Source of the DNA: an uncultured Alphaproteobacteria bacterium
GTDB taxonomy: Bacteria > Pseudomonadota > Alphaproteobacteria > Micropepsales > Micropepsaceae
Length of the DNA: 52,031 bases
Direction of reading: 5' to 3'
NCBI GenBank assembly: GCA_966096025.1
Contig: CBHTTW010000001.1
Location: 1 to 52,031, forward strand
A program made the position numbers and the translations under genes. Shown here piece after piece: positions 16,963-26,531 of the stretch. The notes beneath the pieces were generated by a model. The model saw only the letters and a list, made by a program, of their open reading frames with translations, was not told where the DNA came from and made no database searches. The first letter of the stretch is position 1, and each line of letters starts with the position of its first letter.

Positions 16963-18639
16963 ATGGGCGAACAGCGTTTTCCCCTAAGCCGCCGCGCTGC
17001 TTTGCTTGTGTCGGCAGCCGGTGGAGCAGCTGCCCTGACAAACACGGCGCAAGCGGCTGACGGAACCAAGATCGGTTCGCATCAAGATCCAGGCAACTGC
17101 AGCACGCCGCGTTCCGCAATAGCCAACACGCAGTATGGCAAGGTGCGGGGTTATCTGGACGGCGCGGTTTTTACCTTTAAAGGCGTGCCCTACGGACAGG
17201 ACACCGGCGGCGAAAACCGTTGGCTGCCTGCCAAGCCGCCATCGTCGTGGGATGGCGAATATCCCGCCCTAATCTATGGCGGGAACTGTCCGCAAACGCT
17301 GCACAATTTCAAGGCGGTTGAAACCTCGTTCCTGTTTGACTGGGATGATGGGTATTTAAGCGAGGACATGCTCAAGCTGAACATCTGGACCTCCAGCCTG
17401 TCGGGAAAACGCCCCGTGATGGTTTATCTTCACGGCGGAGGGTTCAGCTTCGGTTCCGCCTACGAGCTGCCGTCTCATGACGGCGCCCAAATGGCGCGCC
17501 ATCACAATGTGGTACAGGTCTCCGTCAATCACCGTTTAAATGCCCTCGGCTTTCTGGATGTGTCGGAGATCGGCGGTCCCGCCTATGCGGAGTCCGCCAA
17601 TGTCGGCATGACCGACCTGGTCGCGGCGCTGCGTTGGATCAAGACCAATATCGCCAATTTTGGCGGTGATCCCGATTGCGTGATGATTTACGGGCAGTCG
17701 GGCGGCGGTTCGAAGGTGACCTGTCTCATGGGCATGCCGTCCGCCGCCGGCCTTTTCCATCGCGCCTGTGTGCAGTCGGGCGGCGGCGGCAATTTCGCAA
17801 GTGTTGAGCAGGCACGCGCGTTGACACGCCAGGTCATGGTGGAGCTGGGTCTTCAGCCCAATGACATGGCCGGCTTGCAAAAGACGGAATGGTCCAAGCT
17901 CTATGCCGCGGGCCAGGCGGCAATCGCCAAAATCAACGGCAGCACGGCGCCCGCGGGCGGAATGGGCTTTCCTCCCAGTCCAAATCCACGTGTCGGATGG
18001 GCCCCGGCCATGGATGGCAATGTGGTGCCGTTGCGGCCCTTCTATGATGCGGCGCCAGAGATATCGAAAAACATTCCGTTGATGATCGGCTCTGTCAGTG
18101 AAGAGGGCACAAGTTTCCGGTCCAATCCCGGCGAAGCGGAATGGCGCGGGAACCTCGCAAAGACCTATGGTGAGACAAAGGCAAATGCCCTTGCAGATGC
18201 CATGAAGAAAGCCAGTCCGCGAAAAGCCATTCGGACTCTCTCATATGGGGTCGCTGGACTTGGCCAACGCAATAACGTCGAGCGCATGGTCCGGTTAAAA
18301 CACGCATTGGGCGGTGCGCCTGTTTATCAATACTGGTTTACCTGGCAGTCGCCCCAGCTCGATGGCGTTGCGGGAGCGTGGCACACATCGGAGTTGGCTT
18401 TTTGTTTTGACAATACCAAGCGTTGCGAGCAGGGCACCGGCAACACGCCGGAAGCACAGGCTCTGGCGAAAACCATGGCGACAGCCTGGGCCAACTTCGC
18501 CGCTACGGGTAACCCAAGTCAGCCCGGTTTGACTTGGGCGCCGACGGATCCGACCAGTATGCAGACAATGGTTTTCGACAATCCGTGTCGCATGATCAAC
18601 GATCCTCACGGCAGCGTTCGGCGGATATTGCTTTCCTAG
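16963..18639 (+). CDS. Type-B carboxylesterase, Tat-like signal
   Basis: FKGVPY, SEDMLKLNIW, HGGGF, NIANFGGDP, nucleophile GQSGG, WHTSEL; LSRRAALL. Confidence 0.93.
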   Translation: MGEQRFPLSRRAALLVSAAGGAAALTNTAQAADGTKIGSHQDPGNCSTPRSAIANTQYGKVRGYLDGAVFTFKGVPYGQDTGGENRWLPAKPPSSWDGEYPALIYGGNCPQTLHNFKAVETSFLFDWDDGYLSEDMLKLNIWTSSLSGKRPVMVYLHGGGFSFGSAYELPSHDGAQMARHHNVVQVSVNHRLNALGFLDVSEIGGPAYAESANVGMTDLVAALRWIKTNIANFGGDPDCVMIYGQSGGGSKVTCLMGMPSAAGLFHRACVQSGGGGNFASVEQARALTRQVMVELGLQPNDMAGLQKTEWSKLYAAGQAAIAKINGSTAPAGGMGFPPSPNPRVGWAPAMDGNVVPLRPFYDAAPEISKNIPLMIGSVSEEGTSFRSNPGEAEWRGNLAKTYGETKANALADAMKKASPRKAIRTLSYGVAGLGQRNNVERMVRLKHALGGAPVYQYWFTWQSPQLDGVAGAWHTSELAFCFDNTKRCEQGTGNTPEAQALAKTMATAWANFAATGNPSQPGLTWAPTDPTSMQTMVFDNPCRMINDPHGSVRRILLS

Positions 18640-18899
18640 GCTATCGCGAATCGATCTTGCCTGGGTGCGCCTCGTGGCCAACGGGTTCGCGAATTTTGCG
18701 ACGTCCAGTACCGGCACGTGGGCGCACCAACGCGGACAAGCGTCTGCCGACCTCTTCCGATTGGTGATGGATTGCAGATGAATCGCGGGCCGCGCCATCG
18801 CGCTTGGCGAAAAGGCGCGTTCGCGGACATGGCGCCAAATATCATGGTCTTCCGGACCGGGCACGACACGCAAGGGGGCCATCAGACCCCGTGCGAAAT

Positions 18900-19160
18900 T
18901 TATGGCGCGGTGGCAGAGGTCGTGACGACTGTTGGGACTTGTGCCGGGGTCGTCGAATTCCCGCCGCCGGCAGTGGCGATGAGAATCCCTGCGCCCAGTA
19001 CACCCAGGCCGCCGAATACCAGCCACTCCCTGTCACCCGCTTGGGCCTTGTGCACGCCAGCCGGCATGCCCGGCGCAAGCGGATCCGCAAAGGCGGTCGC
19101 TGAGATAGAGAGGGAGATGGCAATACTGATCGCGGCCGCTTGAGCATGAAATTTGCGCAT
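18900..19160 (-). CDS. Small exported/membrane protein (86 aa)
   Basis: SD GAGGGGG then MRKFHAQ...ATAFA signal, DPLAPGMPAGVHKAQ, hydrophobic Gly-rich segment, Thr-rich tail. Confidence 0.72.
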   Translation of the reverse strand: MRKFHAQAAAISIAISLSISATAFADPLAPGMPAGVHKAQAGDREWLVFGGLGVLGAGILIATAGGGNSTTPAQVPTVVTTSATAP

Positions 19161-19204
19161 GTTTTCCCCCTCGAAATTTGTTTTTGTCTGCGTATATAAT
19201 GGCA

Positions 19205-19218
19205 TAGTAGCGCTACCA
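19205..19218. promoter_or_regulatory. LacI-type operator
   Basis: TAGTAGCGCTACCA between the divergent small-protein and sulfatase genes. Confidence 0.72.
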
Positions 19219-19389
19219 GAAAAAAGGGGTGAATGCTGATAATTTGTCAAATCAGCGTTCTTTTCGCGCCACTTGGCGGGATCCGGCTGGGCATGCAGAG
19301 CGATCTTGCCTAAGCGCGCCATGGTGGGGGGCGGATTTGCGGCCGCGGCTGCAAAATACCAAGCTGTACCGCGGCAGCGGAGGAGAGAA

Positions 19390-20772
19390 ATGGAACGCCG
19401 GCAGTTTTTAGGTGCATCGGCTGCAACTATGGCGGCTCTAACCGTCAACGGTGGCGCCCTCGGGCAACCCCGGCGCAAGCCCAATTTCATCATTATTCTC
19501 TGCGATGACTTGGGCTGGGGCGATATCGAGCCGAATGGTGGGAAGAATGTCCCAACGCCGAACATCAACCGGATGGCGGCAGAGGGAAATCTCCTGACGG
19601 ACTATTATGCGCCGCAGAATATCTGCACGCCATCGCGCGCGGGTCTCTTGACCGGGCGCTATCCGATCCGTACCGGCCTGGCTTACAGTGTGATTCTGCC
19701 GAATGATGATCGGCGGCTGCCTCTTTCCGAGGTGACAATTCCCGCTGCGCTCAAATCGGCAGGATACGTCAGCGCTCTATTTGGAAAATGGCACCTGGGC
19801 CATACGGGCCCGAGCTGGCAACCCACCCGTCACGGATTCGACAGCTTCTTTGGCCTGCAGTACAGCCACGATATGAAGCCCCTCATGCTCTATACCGACA
19901 ACGGTCCGGATCAGGAGCCGACGCGGGAGGCCGTCATAGAGGACCAGCTGCAGGAACGATTCTATGTTGCTGCCGAAAAATTTATCACTGATCATGCAAA
20001 CCGGCCGTTCTTCGTCGAACTGGCACTGAGCGCGCCGCATTTGCCGAATTATCCGGACGCACGCTTTCGCGACAAGACCATGGGGGGCGCATATGCCGAC
20101 ACGGTCGTGGAAATCGACACGATTGTCGGACGTCTTATGGGGCACCTGAGGTCTCTGGGCATCGAGCGCGATACGCTGATGATTTTTACCTCGGATAATG
20201 GTCCCTGGTATGAAGGTTCAACCGGAGGTCTGCGCGATCGCAAGGGCAATGCGGCCTATGACGGCGGATATCGCGTACCTTGTATTGCTCGCCAGCCCGG
20301 TATCGTGAAAGCCGGTCAGCGCTCCAATTCCATCGCAATGGGCATCGATTTCCTCCCGACCTTCTGCGCCATGGCTGGGGTCCCCAATCCGCAGGGCGTC
20401 GAACTGGATGGCCGGGATATCTCGGCAGTCCTGACCCGGGGCGCGGCTTCACCGCACGATCAACTGCTGCTGTTCAGCGACGAGGATGTCGTGGCTATTC
20501 GTACGCAGCGGTGGAAATATGCGGCGCGTACCCATTACCGTACGGCATTGGCGTCGCTGGAAAATGTGGGTTACCCGCAACTGTATGATGTCAGCAAGGA
20601 TATTTCCGAGAATTATAGCGTTGCCAGTCTCTATCCAGACGCGCTTGCTGACATGCAAAAGCGGATGACGGCCGCCCGCGCCCAGTTCGGCCCGTTGAAA
20701 GCCAGGCAAATTCCGAAGGTATTTCGCGATCGAATGGTGCAATCGCTTAAAGAACAGCTATCCCTGGATTAA
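19390..20772 (+). CDS. Cys-type (formylglycine) sulfatase, Tat signal
   Basis: SD AGGAGAG; MERRQFLG; DDLGWGD; CTPSRAGLLTGR; GKWHLG; FTSDNGP. Confidence 0.95.
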   Translation: MERRQFLGASAATMAALTVNGGALGQPRRKPNFIIILCDDLGWGDIEPNGGKNVPTPNINRMAAEGNLLTDYYAPQNICTPSRAGLLTGRYPIRTGLAYSVILPNDDRRLPLSEVTIPAALKSAGYVSALFGKWHLGHTGPSWQPTRHGFDSFFGLQYSHDMKPLMLYTDNGPDQEPTREAVIEDQLQERFYVAAEKFITDHANRPFFVELALSAPHLPNYPDARFRDKTMGGAYADTVVEIDTIVGRLMGHLRSLGIERDTLMIFTSDNGPWYEGSTGGLRDRKGNAAYDGGYRVPCIARQPGIVKAGQRSNSIAMGIDFLPTFCAMAGVPNPQGVELDGRDISAVLTRGAASPHDQLLLFSDEDVVAIRTQRWKYAARTHYRTALASLENVGYPQLYDVSKDISENYSVASLYPDALADMQKRMTAARAQFGPLKARQIPKVFRDRMVQSLKEQLSLD

Positions 20773-20776
20773 GACG

Positions 20777-22600
20777 ATGCCTGCTGCTTCTGCGGCTATC
20801 CAGCATGTCTTGAAGACAGCCACAAATGCCTTGCAAAACAGGGATTTGTTGGCGGCGGAGAGCATTCTGGCGCCCTTTTTTAGCGGCAGACTGCCCGCCA
20901 GCCCAGATTTGTTGAACCTCGCAGGTACCCTGCGGATGAATCAGGGCCGCGTAGGAGACGCAGCGAATTTGTTCAGCCAAGCCGCAACAGCGGCGCCACG
21001 CGAGCCCACTTTTGCTTTCAACTTGGGGCTGGCGCTGGCCCGTCTCGGCAAGAGCGAAGAGGCTGAAGCGGCGTTGCGTGTTGCTCTGGAATACGCGCCC
21101 GAATTCGTGCCGGCTCTATTTGAATTGGGCGCCCTGTTGCACCGGTCCAGGAGATTGGAAGAGGCGGAAAGGAGGATTCGCCAAGTGCTTCGGAAAGTGC
21201 CGAGCCATGCCCATGCAGAACTGGCTTTGGCGGCAATACTTGTCGATGATCACCGTCCTGGTGAAGCGGAAGCGGCGTCACGCCGTGGTCTCGAGCTCGC
21301 AGTGGAGCCCCGCCTCAAGGCGCAATTATACTTACAATTGGCGCAATCACTACGCCGGCAGCGGAAGGACAGCGAGGCGCTTTCAGCGCTCGATAGCGCG
21401 GAAGCAATCGATCCGGGCCTGCCGAATCTCGCACGCCACCGGGCCGAAGGACTGCAAAATGTGGGCCGCTTCAATGAAGCAGTTGCGATTTTCGAGAAGG
21501 AAATTGCTCGCACGCCTGCTGATCCGGGACTGCATCTCGACTACAATTCTCTGCTCTATCAGTTGGACCGCGGCGGGGAATTTCTAAAATCCTATGATCG
21601 CTGTCCGGAAAGTCGAGAACTTCTTCTGGGCAAGGCCTATCTGCTTGCCCGGGAAAAGAGATTTGCGGAAGCGTATGCCCTTTATTCGCAGCTGCAGGCC
21701 CGCGAGCCTGGCGATCGACTGGCCGCAATTGGTGCCGCCGAAGTCATGTCGATGATGGGCCATCATGCCGAGGCGCTCAAGATGTTCGAGGCCGTCCTCG
21801 CGCGTCACGGTAGTGATGCAAAGCTGCTTGGCCTGGCCGCCAGGCCGGCACTCCAGAGCGGCGATCCGCAAAAAGCGGCGCGATTTTGCGAAAAGGGACT
21901 GGAAATCGCGCCAAATGAGTCATCCTGCTTGGCGATGATGAGTATCGCATCGCGCATGATGGAGGATGAGCGAGACGAGGCGATCAACGGCTACGATACC
22001 CTGGTGCGAAGCTTCGACCTCGAGCCACCGGACGGCTTTTCAGACATGGCCGACTTTAATGCCGAATTGAACGCGTCGTTAGACCGCCTTCACCCCGATA
22101 GTCGAGAATTGATCAATCAAAGCCTGCGCGGCGGAACTCAGACGCCGGGCCACCTGTTTCCCACCGGCCTGCCGTTGGTTGCTCGCCTGAAACAGCGGAT
22201 CGACCAGGCCGTGGCGCGCTATATTGCCGAACTTGGTGCCGACCCTCGCCACCCTTTTCTGTCGCGGCGGGCCCAAAATTTCCGCTATTCCGGCTCTTGG
22301 TCGTCACGCCTGCGCGATAGCGGGTTTCATGTAAATCACATCCATCCCGACGGCTGGATCAGCTCTTGCTACTACGTATCGGTGCCGGCGATTGTGCAGA
22401 ATGAAACCGCGAAGGAAGGATGGATTAAGTTCGGCGAGCCCGAGCTTGATGTTGTGCTAAAGCATCCCGTCCGCCGAACCATTCAGCCGGTAGCCGGCAG
22501 GCTGGTGCTGTTTCCTTCCTACATGTGGCACGGCACAATTCCCTTTAGAGACAAGGCGGCGCGCACCACGATTGCTTTTGATGTGGTTCCTAAACCTTAG
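20777..22600 (+). CDS. TPR-repeat protein with C-terminal putative 2OG-Fe(II) oxygenase (TIGR02466-like)
   Basis: Multiple TPR-like helices; QSLRGGTQT; HVNHIHPDGWISS; LVLFPSYMWHGT; RTTIAFD. Confidence 0.88.
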   Translation: MPAASAAIQHVLKTATNALQNRDLLAAESILAPFFSGRLPASPDLLNLAGTLRMNQGRVGDAANLFSQAATAAPREPTFAFNLGLALARLGKSEEAEAALRVALEYAPEFVPALFELGALLHRSRRLEEAERRIRQVLRKVPSHAHAELALAAILVDDHRPGEAEAASRRGLELAVEPRLKAQLYLQLAQSLRRQRKDSEALSALDSAEAIDPGLPNLARHRAEGLQNVGRFNEAVAIFEKEIARTPADPGLHLDYNSLLYQLDRGGEFLKSYDRCPESRELLLGKAYLLAREKRFAEAYALYSQLQAREPGDRLAAIGAAEVMSMMGHHAEALKMFEAVLARHGSDAKLLGLAARPALQSGDPQKAARFCEKGLEIAPNESSCLAMMSIASRMMEDERDEAINGYDTLVRSFDLEPPDGFSDMADFNAELNASLDRLHPDSRELINQSLRGGTQTPGHLFPTGLPLVARLKQRIDQAVARYIAELGADPRHPFLSRRAQNFRYSGSWSSRLRDSGFHVNHIHPDGWISSCYYVSVPAIVQNETAKEGWIKFGEPELDVVLKHPVRRTIQPVAGRLVLFPSYMWHGTIPFRDKAARTTIAFDVVPKP

Positions 22601-23122
22601 TGCCGGTCCCGAAATTCGTGTTGGTACTAGTGTTGGTATGCGTATCGGTCGAGCGTTTAACCATTGCATTGACCTAATAAATTCCTTCCTGTGGTTTTTG
22701 CCGGGCCCGCCAATGTATTGCCGCCGAAGGGCGGCAGGGCATTGATGCCGAGCACGCCGCGCGACAACGGCTTGAGGCGTGCGAGGCCCAAAGCCGCTCA
22801 TGACGGACGCGCTAGGTTGTTTGTTTTGCGCCGCTGTGCGGCGGGGCCACCATTTCGCTTCGCTTATGGCGCGCATGCAGCTTATTGGTTTTGCGCCGCC
22901 AGGCGGGAAAGCGCGACGGTCAGCTTTCAAAAGGAGGTCAGGGTCAGAATTCCAGAAAACTCAATAAAAACAGATGATTAGGATTGTGCCCGCTAGGCGG
23001 GCAGGTGCCTGGCTGTCGGTGGGAATGCGCCAGCGATATGCGGCAGATCAATGCCAAAAATCGGCCAGATGGAATTTTGGGCGGTCAGCGACCTGTAAGC
23101 TTGGTTGGAGCAGGCTGGGATC

Positions 23123-23467
23123 ATGAAGCGTGGAATTTTGCTTTTTATTGCCATTGTTGCCTGGGGCCTGGGTTCGCAGGCGCTGGCGCAATTGGCGAGC
23201 CGCTATCATCTGCCGGGCGATTTCGAGGGCGCGGTAGACCAGGAAGGCGCGCGCGAGGCGGTGAGGCGCGGAGACGCCGCGCCTTTTGCCCAAATTCTGC
23301 CCAAGGTGCGCCGGCAGATAAAGGGCGAGATTGTCGGCCAGAAGCTTGAACAGCATCAGGGCGTTTGGCTCTACGAGTTCCGTGTCATCGGATCCGGCGG
23401 CCACATGCTTTACCTGCATTTCCGCGCCCGTACCGGCCAAGCCTACGACGTCAGGCCGGTGCCATGA
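23123..23467 (+). CDS. PepSY-domain protein
   Basis: Signal peptide; AREAVRRG, YEFRVI..G....ARTGQ; overlaps the RR start. Confidence 0.75.
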   Translation: MKRGILLFIAIVAWGLGSQALAQLASRYHLPGDFEGAVDQEGAREAVRRGDAAPFAQILPKVRRQIKGEIVGQKLEQHQGVWLYEFRVIGSGGHMLYLHFRARTGQAYDVRPVP

Positions 23468-24129
23468 AGGTTTTGCTGGTTGAAGATGATGCCCGCATCG
23501 CGCGCAATCTGTCGGCGGCGCTGCACAAGGCCGGTTATGCGGTCGATCGGGAGTCCGACGGCAACGAGGCTTGGTTCAAGGGCGATGTCAACAACTATGA
23601 CGCCGTGATCCTGGATCTGGGCCTGCCGGGATTGGACGGGCTTTCCGTGCTGCGCCGCTGGCGCCAGGCGGGGCGCGATTTCCCCATCCTGGTCCTGACC
23701 GCGCGTGGCAACTGGACCGAACGGGTAGAAGGCATCGAGGCGGGAGCAGACGACTATCTGCCCAAGCCGTTCCAGATGGAAGAGGTCATGGCGCGGCTGC
23801 GCGCCATCACCCGCCGCGCCGCCGGGGCCGCCGATCCGGTACTGCGCGCCGGGCACATCGCGGTCGATACAAGGCAGCAATGCATCAGCGTCGCCGGCGT
23901 GCCGGTGGATTTGACGCCGCATGAATACCGGTTGATGCTTTATCTCGCGCACAATCCGGGACGCGCAGTGTCGCAGTCCGAACTGCTGGATCACCTTTAC
24001 GGCGGCGATGCGGATTTCACCACCAACAGCGTCGAGGTTCTGGTAAGGCGCGTGCGCCGCAAGATCGGCGCGGAGATGATCGAAACGCGCCGGGGTTACG
24101 GCTATGTGCTGCGCGGGAACATCCCATGA
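23464..24129 (+). CDS. OmpR-family response regulator
   Basis: MKVLLVEDD, ILDLGLPGLDG, GADDYLPKPF, IETRRGYGY. Confidence 0.96.
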   Translation: MKVLLVEDDARIARNLSAALHKAGYAVDRESDGNEAWFKGDVNNYDAVILDLGLPGLDGLSVLRRWRQAGRDFPILVLTARGNWTERVEGIEAGADDYLPKPFQMEEVMARLRAITRRAAGAADPVLRAGHIAVDTRQQCISVAGVPVDLTPHEYRLMLYLAHNPGRAVSQSELLDHLYGGDADFTTNSVEVLVRRVRRKIGAEMIETRRGYGYVLRGNIP

Positions 24130-25496
24130 GACTGGGATCCCTTCGTTTGCGTCTTCTGTCCGCGGCCACGCTGGCTCTGGTCACGGCCCTGGTGCTGATG
24201 GGCGTTCTCCTGGTTCATCTGTTCGAGCGGCATGTCACACGACATTATGACGAGGAGCTGCAATCCTTTTTGCGTCAGCTGGCTGCGGCGGTGGAATTCA
24301 CCCGGGACGGCCGCGTTGCACTGGACAACCATCTTCAGGACGCCCGCTTCGGCGAACCGCTGAGCGGACTCTATTGGCAGATCGAGGAAGACAAGACCGG
24401 CCTCATCCTGACTTCCCGGTCCTTGTGGGACACGCGGATTCCCCTGCCAAAGGATCCCATCGATGACGGTCAGCCGGACTCCCATGTTCTGCCGGGGCCG
24501 GGTGGGCAGACCTTGCGAATCCAGGAACGCCAAGTCGTATTCGACTCGCCCTCGGGCAGCCGGGCTTTGCGCATGGCGGTCGCCCTCAATGACAACGACA
24601 TCACGGTGGCCGGCCAGGCCTTTGCTCGCGACCTGTGGCCGTCACTGGGGGCGGTGGGCGTGCTGCTGCTGGCCGCCACCTGGTTTTATATCGGCATCGG
24701 TTTGCGCCCTCTGGACAGCATCCGGCGCAGCATCCAGCGGGTTCGGGCCGGCAAAGCCCGGCGCTTGGAAGGTGATTTTCCCTCCGAATTGCAGCCGCTG
24801 GTTCAGGAGGCCAACGATCTGCTTGCGGCGCAGGATGATTCTCTTGCCCGCGCCCGCGCCCGCGCCGCCGACCTGGCGCATGGCCTTAAAACGCCGCTTG
24901 CAGTTCTGCAGTCCGATGCCGACCGCCTGCGCGGCGCCGGGCACGGCGAGATCGCCGATGAGATTGGCCAGCTTGTCACCCAGATGCGCCGTCACCTTGA
25001 ACGCGAACTGGCGCGTGTGCGCCTGCGCCAGCGCAGTTCCCGGCCGACACCGCTGAAGCCGATCGTCGAGCGGCTGGTGGCTGTTTTCCGGCATCTGCCG
25101 CGCGGCAAAGTCCTGACCTGGTCGCTTTCGGCCGATGATGGGCTGAGCGTCGCGGCCGACGTCGAAGATCTGACCGAGCTTCTGGGCAACTTGCTGGACA
25201 ATGCGCACAAATGGGCGGCGACCGGTGTGAGCGTCAAGGCCGAAGCGGTGGCTGGTCTCGTGCGCCTTTCCGTCCTGGACGATGGTCCGGGCGTGCCGGA
25301 TGGCGCGCTGGCCGCGCTGGCCGGTCGCGGCGTGCGTCTGGACGAAGACAAGCCGGGCACGGGCCTGGGGTTGGCCATCGCCCGGGACATTGTCGAGGCC
25401 TGCGGCGGGAAACTGGCTTTCGCAAATCGCCCCGAAGGCGGGTTTGCCGCCACGGTCGAATTTACCTCTCAACCCGGCGGTGCAGGTCATGAATAG
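24126..25496 (+). CDS. Sensor histidine kinase (PhoQ/FeuQ/BqsS-like)
   Basis: Two TM segments; H-box DLAHGLKTPL; N-box GNLLDNA; DDGPG; GTGLGLAI. Confidence 0.95.
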   Translation: MRLGSLRLRLLSAATLALVTALVLMGVLLVHLFERHVTRHYDEELQSFLRQLAAAVEFTRDGRVALDNHLQDARFGEPLSGLYWQIEEDKTGLILTSRSLWDTRIPLPKDPIDDGQPDSHVLPGPGGQTLRIQERQVVFDSPSGSRALRMAVALNDNDITVAGQAFARDLWPSLGAVGVLLLAATWFYIGIGLRPLDSIRRSIQRVRAGKARRLEGDFPSELQPLVQEANDLLAAQDDSLARARARAADLAHGLKTPLAVLQSDADRLRGAGHGEIADEIGQLVTQMRRHLERELARVRLRQRSSRPTPLKPIVERLVAVFRHLPRGKVLTWSLSADDGLSVAADVEDLTELLGNLLDNAHKWAATGVSVKAEAVAGLVRLSVLDDGPGVPDGALAALAGRGVRLDEDKPGTGLGLAIARDIVEACGGKLAFANRPEGGFAATVEFTSQPGGAGHE

Positions 25497-26529
25497 AACA
25501 GCGATTTTTCTTGTCTCCGCGATGGCACTGGCTGGGCCCGTTCATGCGCAGCATCTTGCAGTCACACCACAACAGACATTGCGGCTAGGAATTCAAACCG
25601 CTCCTGTCACGCCGTCAAAAGCCAAGACCATGGTTTCGCTGCTGGGCCGTGTGACACCCGCGCCCGGCGCGCGAATGCCTGTCTCCGCGCCTTTTGCGGG
25701 GACCGTGAAGCTGTTGCAGCGGCTGGAGGGCGAACGCGTAAAGAAGGGTGATGCCCTGATTGTGATTGTCAGCATCGAAATGCGCGAGGCGCTGGCGAAG
25801 TATGAAGGAGCGCAGGCCCATTACCGCACGGCCAAGGCGGCGGCAAGCCGTGCCCGTGCCTTGGTGAATGAGGGCATCGCTCCCGCCAGCCGCGCCGAGG
25901 AAACCGATGCAACCGCGGCCGCCGCCGCGGCCGAGCTGGCGTCGCTGCGCACCACAATGGGACGCGTCAGCCGGCCGGGCGAAGGTGAATACAGCCTGAC
26001 GGCGCCGGTTGATGGCCGCATCGCCGCCATCTCGGTCTCCGCCGGCGAGCAGGTTGCCGCCATGCAGCCCGTTCTGGCGCTGGATACGGGCAACCAGCTC
26101 TGGGTGGAAGCGGCGCTCCCCGTCCATGCCATCGGCCAGATTAAGGCGGGTGATCGCGGCACCGTGGAGGGCACGCAGATTTCCGGCACAGTGGTCGCCG
26201 CCGGCGCCAGCATCGATTCCGTGACGCGCAGCGCCATGGTGCGCGTGCGCCTGGAGAGCGCCGCCCAGCTGGTGCCGGGGCAGACGCTGCGCCTGTCCGT
26301 CTCCACCGGGGCGGATGCGGGCAGCTTCGACGTTCCGCGCGGGGCGCTTGCGCAGCTGAAGGGCGCCGATGTTGTGTTCGTTTGGGAAAAAGGCGGGTTC
26401 GAAACTGTGCCTGTGCGCATTCTTGCGCGCGGCCCGGTCTTTTTCACAGTGACCGGGCATTTGAACAGGACAGATCGCGTTGCCGTCACAGGCGTGACCG
26501 AACTCAAGGCCATGGGGCTGCAGGACTAG
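25489..26529 (+). CDS. RND efflux periplasmic adaptor (CzcB/CusB-like)
   Basis: Signal peptide; GERVKKGD, LTAPVDG lipoyl-like motifs; IDSVTRS. Confidence 0.9.
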   Translation: MNRTAIFLVSAMALAGPVHAQHLAVTPQQTLRLGIQTAPVTPSKAKTMVSLLGRVTPAPGARMPVSAPFAGTVKLLQRLEGERVKKGDALIVIVSIEMREALAKYEGAQAHYRTAKAAASRARALVNEGIAPASRAEETDATAAAAAAELASLRTTMGRVSRPGEGEYSLTAPVDGRIAAISVSAGEQVAAMQPVLALDTGNQLWVEAALPVHAIGQIKAGDRGTVEGTQISGTVVAAGASIDSVTRSAMVRVRLESAAQLVPGQTLRLSVSTGADAGSFDVPRGALAQLKGADVVFVWEKGGFETVPVRILARGPVFFTVTGHLNRTDRVAVTGVTELKAMGLQD

Positions 26530-26531
26530 CC

